Assembly (NCBI GenBank): GCA_041659085.1
Contig: JBAZYZ010000001.1
Coordinates: 4,884-68,883 of the forward strand
Direction of reading: 5' to 3'
DNA from: Minisyncoccota bacterium
GTDB taxonomy: Bacteria; Patescibacteriota; Minisyncoccia; Phycocordibacterales; VMEP01
Length of the DNA stretch: 64,000 nucleotides
Both the position numbers and the translations under genes were made by a program. A model generated the notes under the pieces. That model saw only the letters and a program-made list of their open reading frames with translations, was not told the origin of the DNA and did not search any database. Of this stretch, positions 55,577 to 64,000 are shown piece after piece (positions within the stretch are counted from its first letter, which is position 1; every line of letters begins with the position of its first letter).

Positions 55577-56721
55577 AAATTTTACTTATAAATTATGAAT
55601 TTCCTCCGCTTGGAGGCGGCGCAGGTAATGCAACAAAAAATATTGCGCGGGAGATGTCTTCCCTAGGCCATTCCGTGTTTGTAATCTCAACTTGGTTCAG
55701 TGGATTACCGGAAGAAGAAGTGACAGATGGTTATACGATATTAAGAGTTCATTCCTTAAGAAAGAAAGAGGACAGGTCAAATATTTTTGAGATGTTTGAT
55801 TTTGTCCGGAAAGTTATCGGAGAGAAGGATAAATTCGTCAAAAATTTTAAGCCAGACGTAATTATATCCTTTTTTGCCATACCAACCGGAATCATCGCAT
55901 ACTATTTTAAAAAGAAGTATGGCATACCATATATTTTATCTTTGCGTGGAGGGGATGTTCCCGGTTTTTTACCCATAAATTTAAGGTATTACCATACTAT
56001 ATCTTATCCGATTACCAATTTAATTTGGGAAAATTCCTCCGGTATTGTTGCAAACAGTAAAGGATTGCAAAAATTGGCGGAGAAAACGTCGTTAAGGTTT
56101 AATAAAAAAGTGGAGTATATCTCAAATGGAGTTAATACTGAGGAATTCTTTCCGGATTTGAATAAAAAAGATCCAGAAACACTTAATGTTATTTTTGTCG
56201 GACGCCTGACGGAGCAGAAGGGAGTCATATTTTTGATCAAGGCCATCGAGCGGCTTATAAAGGAAGATAAAAGCCTGAGAGGGGTTTTAAAATGTGATAT
56301 CATTGGAGACGGTCCGCTGAGAAAAAGCCTTGAAATTGAAGCAGAGAATAGGGATTTACAGGATAACATTAAGTTTTACGGCTGGATTCATCGGGAAGAA
56401 TTGTTGTTTTATTATCAAAAAGCCGATGTTTTTGTTCTGCCTTCATATGATGAAGGGATGCCCAATGTGATACTGGAGGCAATTGCTTCCGGGTTGGCTA
56501 TTATCGCCACAGATATTGCCGGCAACGAGGAGTTGGTTTCAGACGGCGTAAACGGCTTTCTTTATAAGGAGCAATCTGATTTACAAGGTTTGATTGATAA
56601 ATTCATAAAGAATCATGGTTTAAAGCATCAATTCGGAGCCTCTTCTCTTGAAAAGGCTCGGGAGTTTTCTTGGAAGTCAGTATCTGAAAAGTACATAGAT
56701 ATATGTCAAAAAATAAAATAG
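55573..56721 (+). CDS. GT4 glycosyltransferase
   Basis: YEFPPLGGGAG, EGMPNVILEAIASG. Confidence 0.9.
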   Translation: MKILLINYEFPPLGGGAGNATKNIAREMSSLGHSVFVISTWFSGLPEEEVTDGYTILRVHSLRKKEDRSNIFEMFDFVRKVIGEKDKFVKNFKPDVIISFFAIPTGIIAYYFKKKYGIPYILSLRGGDVPGFLPINLRYYHTISYPITNLIWENSSGIVANSKGLQKLAEKTSLRFNKKVEYISNGVNTEEFFPDLNKKDPETLNVIFVGRLTEQKGVIFLIKAIERLIKEDKSLRGVLKCDIIGDGPLRKSLEIEAENRDLQDNIKFYGWIHREELLFYYQKADVFVLPSYDEGMPNVILEAIASGLAIIATDIAGNEELVSDGVNGFLYKEQSDLQGLIDKFIKNHGLKHQFGASSLEKAREFSWKSVSEKYIDICQKIK

Positions 56722-57449
56722 ACAATAAAAAAATCTATGATGACAATTGGGCAGATTGGGTTGATATGAAAATTTATGGTCCGGCCAGCCGCTGGCTACG
56801 CGGGCTAATAGGAGAACATCTCTGTTTGATTAATACGGAAAATATAAGTTCCGTTTTGGATGTCGGGTCGGGAGAGGGGACCATTACATATTACATAGCT
56901 AAGCATTTTCCGGAAGCTGAGGTGACTGGCATAGATTTTTCCCAGTCTGGCATCAATTGTGCCTCCGAAGCTTATAATTTGCCGAATCTAGATTTTATCC
57001 AAGATGAAGACTCCACTCATCTGAAAAATAAATATGATTTAGTCGCAGCTTACGAAGTTTTAGAGCATGTTGAGGACTGGGAAGGTTTGTTGGGGAGGAT
57101 GGCAGACGCGTCGAATAAATATATAATGCTGTCGTTTCCGGTTGGAAGAATGAGGTCGTTTGAGAAGATAGTAGGTCATTTGAGAAACTTTAAAAAAGGA
57201 GAAGTGGAGAATTTTTTGAGCGGAAAAGGTTTCAGGCCGGTTAATATTTTTTATGCGGGATTCCCATTCTATAACCCTGTTTACAGAGAGCTTTGTAATT
57301 TGACAAACTCCGCCGGGAATTCGTTTACCAAGGGTAAATACGGCTGGGGTCAGAAAATAACTGCATCTGTTTTTTATTTTTTATTCAGGTATTGTTCAAC
57401 GAAATATTTTTTAGGCAACCAGTTTTGCGGCTTATTTGAGCGTATATGA
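56703..57449 (+). CDS. Class I SAM-dependent methyltransferase
   Basis: VLDVGSGEG, EVLEHV. Confidence 0.85.
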   Translation: MSKNKIDNKKIYDDNWADWVDMKIYGPASRWLRGLIGEHLCLINTENISSVLDVGSGEGTITYYIAKHFPEAEVTGIDFSQSGINCASEAYNLPNLDFIQDEDSTHLKNKYDLVAAYEVLEHVEDWEGLLGRMADASNKYIMLSFPVGRMRSFEKIVGHLRNFKKGEVENFLSGKGFRPVNIFYAGFPFYNPVYRELCNLTNSAGNSFTKGKYGWGQKITASVFYFLFRYCSTKYFLGNQFCGLFERI

Positions 57450-58321
57450 CAATAACACCGGAGATCTACAAACGTGTTCTGGATATTTACGGCAATTATT
57501 ATGAGCCCATTACTGGCATATTACCCCAGAAGTTAACAGACGACGTTCTCTCTTTTAAAAAACCAATCGAGCAGATTGCTGTCATAGAAAGATATTCGGG
57601 CTCCATTAAAGGTAAGAAATTATTGGAGGTCGGATCAGGCTTTGGAATATTTGTTGTTACCGCAAGGCAGAACGGTATTGAGGCTTACGGTGTAGAGCCC
57701 GATTCCGAGGGATTTAACGGATCATATGAATTATCCCAGGAGATACTCAGTTTGAACGAAATTGACCCAGGGGTGATAACAAGCGGTATCGGAGAGGCGT
57801 TACCGCTCCCGGACCATTCGTTTGACGTCGTTTACTCAACAAATGTCCTAGAGCATGTCTCAAACCCGAGAGCTTTTTTGGGAGAGGCTATTCGCGTCTG
57901 TAAACCCGGGGGGTTTATACAAATTGTTGTCCCTAACTATGGTTCGTTTTATGACGGACATTATTCATGTTTCTACGTTCCTTATCAGCCCAAATGGTTG
58001 TGGAAAATATTTATTAAGTTATTCCACAAAAAAGACATCTCGTATATTGATACCCTGCGCACGGAAATAAATTATTTCGCGATGCTAAAATGGCTGAAGC
58101 CGTACGTAAGGAGCGGGGCAGTATCTATTTTAGGTATGGGCGAAGATATTTTTAGAGAGAGGATGGATAGTGTAGATTTTTCCGCTTGGGCCGGGCTGGA
58201 AAAAGTAAAAAACTGGCTAGCTCTTGTCCATAAGTTCAGGATTACAGAATTAGTAATATGGTTGCTCTTGGCTACAAAATCGTACTCTCCCTTGATTGTT
58301 ACTATCCGCAAGAATAAATAG
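57446..58321 (+). CDS. Class I SAM-dependent methyltransferase
   Basis: LLEVGSGFG, SFDVV, VLEHV, RVCKPGG. Confidence 0.87.
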   Translation: MTITPEIYKRVLDIYGNYYEPITGILPQKLTDDVLSFKKPIEQIAVIERYSGSIKGKKLLEVGSGFGIFVVTARQNGIEAYGVEPDSEGFNGSYELSQEILSLNEIDPGVITSGIGEALPLPDHSFDVVYSTNVLEHVSNPRAFLGEAIRVCKPGGFIQIVVPNYGSFYDGHYSCFYVPYQPKWLWKIFIKLFHKKDISYIDTLRTEINYFAMLKWLKPYVRSGAVSILGMGEDIFRERMDSVDFSAWAGLEKVKNWLALVHKFRITELVIWLLLATKSYSPLIVTIRKNK

Positions 58322-58335
58322 AAGTTCCAATACCT

Positions 58336-59298
58336 ATGGATAAAAATATTAAATGGCAAAAGACAGGCAAGATTCTTAAGATTTTATTTTCACTTTTTCT
58401 GTTTGTGTGCGTCATCCTCGTCTTAAAGATAAATCTGCCCTCCGTACTTGTCTTCATAAAGAATATTCCGGTTGTTTATATTTTTTCAGCGCTGTTGGTT
58501 TATTTGCTCGCCGTTTTTGTGGCATCAATTAAATGGAGGTTGTTCCTCCCCAATTATTCAATAAGGCGAATTCTAAGATATACATTTGTCGGACAATTCT
58601 ACTCTGTTATTTTACCCGGGCAGTTTGTTGGGGAGGCGGCTAAGGCCTATCGCCTTGGGGCCGTGAACAAAAATTTGGAAGAGGTTGGCGCGTCCGTCTT
58701 ATTGGATAAGGCCACAGGTATATTGGGCATACTTATCGTCGCTTTTGTAGGAATTGTCTTTACTGGATCGTTTCTTCCTCCAGCCTTGCTCTATATTATC
58801 TTGTTCGGATTAATTATATGTGTATTGGTTTTGTTATTGCTCCGCAGGGAAGAAGTATATGTGTTTGTACACCGAAAGATATTGTCAGCAGAAGACAGAC
58901 ATCTTGCGCTGAATAGTTTTTTGCGTTTCATTCGTATTTTTGTTGAACATTGGCACGAATATTCAAGAAGGACAGGCAGACTATTGCTTAGCGTATTTGC
59001 CGGGGTAATATACCAGCTCTTGATAGTTGCTTTAATTGCCATTCTGGCTTCAGGGTTAAATATTTATCTTTCGTTTTTTGACTGGTCGTGGATATTCGGC
59101 ATTGTGTCTGTCTCAGTTTTCATTCCGGTTACAATAGGGGGAATAGGCTTGAGAGAGGGGGTGTTTGTTGGTCTTCTGTCCCTGCTTCATGTGTCGCCGG
59201 AATTGGCGGTATCGCTCTCCCTAGCTTCCTTTGCTTTTCAACTACTGGGGGCTTTGATTGGCGGAACATTTGAGGCGATGGAGTTAAAAAACCGTTAG
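58336..59298 (+). CDS. Lysylphosphatidylglycerol-synthase TM / flippase-like protein
   Basis: ILPGQFVGEAAK, IPVTIGGIGLREG. Confidence 0.8.
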   Translation: MDKNIKWQKTGKILKILFSLFLFVCVILVLKINLPSVLVFIKNIPVVYIFSALLVYLLAVFVASIKWRLFLPNYSIRRILRYTFVGQFYSVILPGQFVGEAAKAYRLGAVNKNLEEVGASVLLDKATGILGILIVAFVGIVFTGSFLPPALLYIILFGLIICVLVLLLLRREEVYVFVHRKILSAEDRHLALNSFLRFIRIFVEHWHEYSRRTGRLLLSVFAGVIYQLLIVALIAILASGLNIYLSFFDWSWIFGIVSVSVFIPVTIGGIGLREGVFVGLLSLLHVSPELAVSLSLASFAFQLLGALIGGTFEAMELKNR

Positions 59299-59313
59299 AA
59301 ATCCAATTTAAAA

Positions 59314-61041
59314 ATGGAGAAAATTACCAAAATAATTCAGGAATACCGCTTTGTTTTGCTTCTAGCCGTTTTTTGTGGCGCTGTCTATGTGGCACCCCAT
59401 TTGTTTTTTAAGATTACCCTTGGGAACTCCTTCCACGGCATTGAACTTACACCAAGGGATGCGGAGACACATTACCTGTCAATGCTGAATGAGGTCAAAC
59501 AGGGATACCTTACCCATAGCAGCACATATTTGTATGAATATAAGGATAGTAAAGTGTCCCCGATTGAATATTCCGAGACATTTTACGGGACGATAATAAA
59601 ACTTTTCAATCTTGGAGCTCCTGGATTTTATTTATTTTGCGAGTTCTTTTTTCCGGTAGTTATATTTTTACTTTGGTATTATTTTTCCTTGCTTGTTACC
59701 AAAAACAAAAGGAGCGCTATTTTGTCAGCTCTTTTTTTAATGTTCGGTACCTACATTTTAAGCAACGTAAGCATCATAAAACAATTTGATATTTTATTTT
59801 GGAAGACGGCAAACATACCTCTCCTTGCCTACGGCAGAATTATAAATCCATTACTTACATTCCCATTCTTTTTTGCCGGTCTAATCTTCGCTTATAAGCT
59901 GTTCTCTGAGAACACAAAAAAAATGGCGGTCTTTTCCGGCATAGCTCTGGGAATAATGTTTTATGTCTATTTTTACTTTTGGACATATTTTTTAGCCCTG
60001 AGTTTTTTAATGCTGGTGTTCGGAGTGTCGAAAAAAGAGTGGCAATTGGTGAAAAATATTTCTCTAAGTATTTCTATATCTCTGCTCATTGGTTCATATT
60101 TTATTGTCAGTATGATAAAGACGGTCGTTAGTTCAGTTGGGGTTCAATCCGGAGGCTCATTATCTCCATATGTTTTTGCCTTAAGCCATAATCCGTCCCT
60201 GCCGTCCTTGGTGGTTTTGGGAGTGGCGTTATTTTCTTTTTTTATTTATTTGAGGAGGAGAAAGGGGATACCATTGGAGAGAGGGGATGCATTCATCTTT
60301 CTCCTGTTATCTACTGCCGTAGTTGTTGTTAATCAGCAGATAATAACTGGACGGTCTGTTGAACCGGGACACTTTCATTGGTATGCGAATGTGCCGGTTT
60401 TCTTTTTAACTGTAAGTTATATCATTGTCGACTTGTTGGGAAAAATAAGAATAAGATATCTTGGCAAAACGTTATTTATAATTTTATGTTTATATCTAAT
60501 CACGTTTGGCATAGGTACACAGGTTTCCGGATATAAACAGAGGTTTGATAATTTTTCTTATATTCAGAAATACGGAGCTGTCTTCGACTGGTTCAATAGG
60601 AATACGGAAAAAGAATCGGTTATTTTTGGCGGAAACGGATTTTCGGATCTCACTCCTGCATATACCCAAAATAATGTCTATTTTGCAGCTTACGGGGCTT
60701 ACTACCCGTCTAATCCGCTCGAACGCAGAATTCATACCGCATACATTTATTATTTCTTGGATAATAAAAAGGAGGACATTTTGCAAAAGATTTATCCATC
60801 CTTAACTTCAAATGGCTGTGTCAGCGCCGGATGTGTTGATTCTGACATTTTTGCAAAAACTATGGCTAATTATGGAGAATTTTTAAAGACGCCATTTTAT
60901 GAAAATTTGAAAAAATATAGGGTAGACTATATGGTCTGGGACAAAAACACGAACCCTTCATGGAATTTGGATAAGTTTAGTTTCTTAAAACCAGTCTATA
61001 ATTATGATAATGTTCTGGTTTATAAAATTTTAAACAAATGA
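59314..61041 (+). CDS. Polytopic membrane protein, possible GT-C-fold glycosyltransferase
   Basis: Many TMs; D..HY after TM1; C-terminal soluble domain (YRVDY). Confidence 0.55.
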   Translation: MEKITKIIQEYRFVLLLAVFCGAVYVAPHLFFKITLGNSFHGIELTPRDAETHYLSMLNEVKQGYLTHSSTYLYEYKDSKVSPIEYSETFYGTIIKLFNLGAPGFYLFCEFFFPVVIFLLWYYFSLLVTKNKRSAILSALFLMFGTYILSNVSIIKQFDILFWKTANIPLLAYGRIINPLLTFPFFFAGLIFAYKLFSENTKKMAVFSGIALGIMFYVYFYFWTYFLALSFLMLVFGVSKKEWQLVKNISLSISISLLIGSYFIVSMIKTVVSSVGVQSGGSLSPYVFALSHNPSLPSLVVLGVALFSFFIYLRRRKGIPLERGDAFIFLLLSTAVVVVNQQIITGRSVEPGHFHWYANVPVFFLTVSYIIVDLLGKIRIRYLGKTLFIILCLYLITFGIGTQVSGYKQRFDNFSYIQKYGAVFDWFNRNTEKESVIFGGNGFSDLTPAYTQNNVYFAAYGAYYPSNPLERRIHTAYIYYFLDNKKEDILQKIYPSLTSNGCVSAGCVDSDIFAKTMANYGEFLKTPFYENLKKYRVDYMVWDKNTNPSWNLDKFSFLKPVYNYDNVLVYKILNK

Positions 61042-62198
61042 TCGGCAAGCTCAATAACATTTATATCCTGATCCTCTGTTTCATCTACGCGATTTTTCGC
61101 GGGAAGGCGACACGCAAGGCGGTGAATCCGCGGAAGATTCTTATTCTCCAGATGGCAAAACTTGGGGATATGGTTTGCACTACACCCATGTTCCGGGCGG
61201 TAAAAGAAAAATATCCTAAGGCGAAACTGTATGTGGTCGGTAATTCAATCAATAAAGAAATTCTTCTTGGGAACAACGATGTGGACGAGTATATAGTATG
61301 GAACAAAAATAACTTTTGGGAATTGGTTAAGCGTTTACGCGGGGGAAAAATAGATTTCGCCTGTCAGACGGGGCCAATCTTTGATTTTCTGGCCATGTTT
61401 TATCTGGCCGGCATTCCATCCATAGCTACTCCGAAAATAGAAAATGGTTACTGTCCGTGGGAAACTAAGGCCTATAAACTCTTGCGACGATTCGCGACAC
61501 TTATACCGCACAGGATGGGTTCATATGCCCCGAGGGAATATTTACGCCTCCTTGAGCCCATAGACATATATACTGACAATACGACAAAGTATCTGGCCTT
61601 TTCCAAAGAAGCCGGAAAAAGGGTTGAAGATATTTTTATTGAGAACGGAGTCGGGAAAGAAGAGTTTTTGTTTTGTATTTCTCCCGCTGCCGGAAATAAG
61701 ATAAAGCAATGGCCGGCTGGGAGATTTGCGAAAGTGGCAGACCATATTTATGGAAAATACGAGACGAAAATATTTATCATTGGCGCCAAGAATGATCGGA
61801 CCGAGGTTCTTGAGATGGTTTATAACTTGAATAAGGAAACAAAAGTGATAAACCTTTTGGATAAATTAAGCCTAGAAGAGCTGAAGGCTCTTATGTCAAG
61901 AATGAATATGTTCGTAAGCGTTGATACCGGCCCGATTTATATTGCTGAAGCTTTTGGCATACCGACGGTTGATATAACAGGCCCCATAGACGAGAATGAA
62001 CAGCCGCCGATTAGCAAGCTAAACCGAATTGTTAATATAAAAAACAGGAAAAAGCCGGAGCTTTATGTAATGAATGCGAGAGTATATGATGAGGCTGAGG
62101 CGAGAAGGCAGACAGAGGAAATAACGATGGAAATGGTCACAGATGAAATTGATGATTTATACGGTCATATAAAGAAAAATGATAAAAAAATTAATTAA
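61038..62198 (+). CDS. GT9 (heptosyltransferase-like) glycosyltransferase
   Basis: LGDMVCTTP, KQWP, VSVDTGPIYIA. Confidence 0.88.
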   Translation: MIGKLNNIYILILCFIYAIFRGKATRKAVNPRKILILQMAKLGDMVCTTPMFRAVKEKYPKAKLYVVGNSINKEILLGNNDVDEYIVWNKNNFWELVKRLRGGKIDFACQTGPIFDFLAMFYLAGIPSIATPKIENGYCPWETKAYKLLRRFATLIPHRMGSYAPREYLRLLEPIDIYTDNTTKYLAFSKEAGKRVEDIFIENGVGKEEFLFCISPAAGNKIKQWPAGRFAKVADHIYGKYETKIFIIGAKNDRTEVLEMVYNLNKETKVINLLDKLSLEELKALMSRMNMFVSVDTGPIYIAEAFGIPTVDITGPIDENEQPPISKLNRIVNIKNRKKPELYVMNARVYDEAEARRQTEEITMEMVTDEIDDLYGHIKKNDKKIN

Positions 62199-62874
62199 GA
62201 AAGGTTTGTTAACTGCCGGTCTTGAGATTAAAAGAAAATTAAAAGGAGGCCCCGACCCAATACATCTGTGGGAAACGGAAGAGCATTTTAATTCTTTATA
62301 CAGCCAGGTTAACACGCACACTCTGGTCAGTCGGGTTCGTTGCTTCATACTCTATAAGTTTTTTAGCCATACGAGGACACTTCCTGGGGACGTGGCGGAG
62401 GTTGGCGTTTATCGCGGCGGTACGGCAAAGTTTCTGGCTTTGCTTAATGGAGAATATCAGTTAAATAAAAATATTTACCTTTTCGACACTTTTGGCGGAA
62501 TGCCTGAAACTTCCGCGGAGAAGGACCTTCATAAGGAAGGTGATTTCTCAGACACCTCATTAGAAGGCGTTTTGGCTTATCTAAAAGGATTACAGAGGAT
62601 TTCTCTTCATAGGGGATTGTTTCCTGGGACAGCCGGTCCGGTAAAAGATAAGAAATTTTCATTTGTCCATCTTGACGTTGATATATACAAATCAGTTCTT
62701 GATTGTTGCGATTTTTTCTATCCCAGGATGGTACAGGGAGGAATTATTATTTTTGACGATTACGGTTTTGTCTCTTGTCCGGGGGCCAAGCTTGCGGTTG
62801 ATGAATTTTTTAAAGACAAGAAAGAGACACCTGTTTATTTGCAGAGCGGCCAGTGTCTTATTATAAAACTATGA
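62179..62874 (+). CDS. TylF/MycF/NovP-family sugar O-methyltransferase
   Basis: GDVAEVGVYRGG, LFDTFGG, HLDVDIY, IFDDY. Confidence 0.9.
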   Translation: MIKKLIKKGLLTAGLEIKRKLKGGPDPIHLWETEEHFNSLYSQVNTHTLVSRVRCFILYKFFSHTRTLPGDVAEVGVYRGGTAKFLALLNGEYQLNKNIYLFDTFGGMPETSAEKDLHKEGDFSDTSLEGVLAYLKGLQRISLHRGLFPGTAGPVKDKKFSFVHLDVDIYKSVLDCCDFFYPRMVQGGIIIFDDYGFVSCPGAKLAVDEFFKDKKETPVYLQSGQCLIIKL

Positions 62875-63773
62875 GCATGGCTAAACTTGATTGCATTGTT
62901 TGCGGAGCCCGCGGCCATGAAATTACGATAAATAATCTTCCGATGCTTATTTGTGATTCCTGCGGGCTGTTTTGGCGCGCCAGTTTTGATTTGCCGGAAA
63001 ATTTTTATGAAACGAGGGAGTTTGAGACGGAAAAAAGGGGTAAAATAGAGGCCCGTTATGCCAACTCGATTGGGAGAATTGAAACATTGCGAAGATATGC
63101 TGATGTGAATAATTTATGCGATGTGGGATGCGGAGAAGGGATTTTTCTGAAAGCCTTAAATGATTTGGGGTATAAAAATGTTTTTGGTTTAGAACCTAGC
63201 CTGGAGGCGCGTGATTTTGCCGTACTCAATAATTTAAAGATAGTTGCAGGCGGTATAGAAAATCTTAGCGAGTCATTTTTTACCAAGAACGATGTCCATA
63301 CTGTTACAATATTCCACGTTGTTGAACATCTGAAAGACCCGTATGCATCGCTTAAACTGATATACGACAACCTCGGTAAGGGCGACAAACTGGCTATTGA
63401 AACGCCGGATATGGACAGCTATGCCCTAAAGAAAAGTAATTATAAAAATGAACTCATAAATCCGGAGCATCTTCACTACTTTAACAAGACCAACTTGAAA
63501 AAGCTTCTTGAGAAAAGCGGTTTTACGGTTATTGCTTCCGGCAACAGGGATTTCAACGAAAAGAATATGAGCATTCGGGAATCTTTGTCCAGACTCGGAT
63601 TTATTAATGTTTCGCCAGACAAAAAAGACTCTGGCGCTAAATATGGAGAGGCAAGTTTGGGTGTTAAGGATGGTAATGATAGTATATTCAGAACAATAGT
63701 CAGAAGGACTCTTTCTTCCGTGGTGGGTTTTTTGGGACGCGGTAATTACCTTTGGATAGTTGCTCAAAAATAA
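62871..63773 (+). CDS. SAM-dependent methyltransferase with N-terminal Zn ribbon
   Basis: CIVC...CDSC, DVGCGEG, HVVEHL. Confidence 0.87.
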   Translation: MSMAKLDCIVCGARGHEITINNLPMLICDSCGLFWRASFDLPENFYETREFETEKRGKIEARYANSIGRIETLRRYADVNNLCDVGCGEGIFLKALNDLGYKNVFGLEPSLEARDFAVLNNLKIVAGGIENLSESFFTKNDVHTVTIFHVVEHLKDPYASLKLIYDNLGKGDKLAIETPDMDSYALKKSNYKNELINPEHLHYFNKTNLKKLLEKSGFTVIASGNRDFNEKNMSIRESLSRLGFINVSPDKKDSGAKYGEASLGVKDGNDSIFRTIVRRTLSSVVGFLGRGNYLWIVAQK

Positions 63774-63795
63774 TGTTTACTCTAAAAATAAAAAA

Positions 63796-64000
63796 ATGAG
63801 AGAACCGAAAAGTTACACAAGAGAAGTCTTAAAAAATGTTTTGCCTAGGTATTGCAGAGGGAAGACCGTTGATGTCGGCGCCGGCCGGGCAAAGTACAAA
63901 AATTACATAAAGAAATACGCGGAAAGTTACATGACAGTAGACGACCTCTCCTCTGATTACCAGTTTGATGCTAAGGAGACAAAACCGGATGTAATTTCCA
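63796..64000 (+). CDS. SAM-dependent methyltransferase, truncated by the window end
   Basis: Manual translation MREPKSYTREVLKNVLPRYCRGKTVDVGAGRAKY. Confidence 0.7.
   Translation, partial: MREPKSYTREVLKNVLPRYCRGKTVDVGAGRAKYKNYIKKYAESYMTVDDLSSDYQFDAKETKPDVIS

Overview
Most likely a Patescibacteria (CPR, Parcubacteria-like) chromosome segment using genetic code 11. The evidence is the 16S signature GTGCCAGCAGCAGCGGTAA (515F mismatch), shortened h17/h39/h44, unlinked rRNA genes and CPR-typical gene content. The window holds: a large secreted hydrolase/lamin-tail protein; rplJ-rplL with an L10 leader; a stand-alone 23S rRNA (group I intron at E. coli position 2593) followed by tRNA-Ala, two atypical tRNAs and 5S; rodA, secDF; a separately transcribed 16S rRNA lacking the anti-Shine-Dalgarno tail; tRNA-Ile, tRNA-Leu; folD, murD, murC, rsmI; a VirB4/TraG-like ATPase; and, from about 38.9 kb to the end, a large surface-glycan cluster rich in glycosyl- and methyltransferases. 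The strongest candidates for new biology are: (1) a leader peptide with terminator/antiterminator switch between the 23S promoter and the 23S gene, suggesting translation-coupled attenuation of rRNA synthesis; (2) loss of the anti-SD, many apparently leaderless core genes, and a contrasting set of SD-led orphan single-gene units; (3) a 23-bp palindromic element found inside several unrelated coding sequences in different frames. All structures were derived by eye and need computational confirmation.
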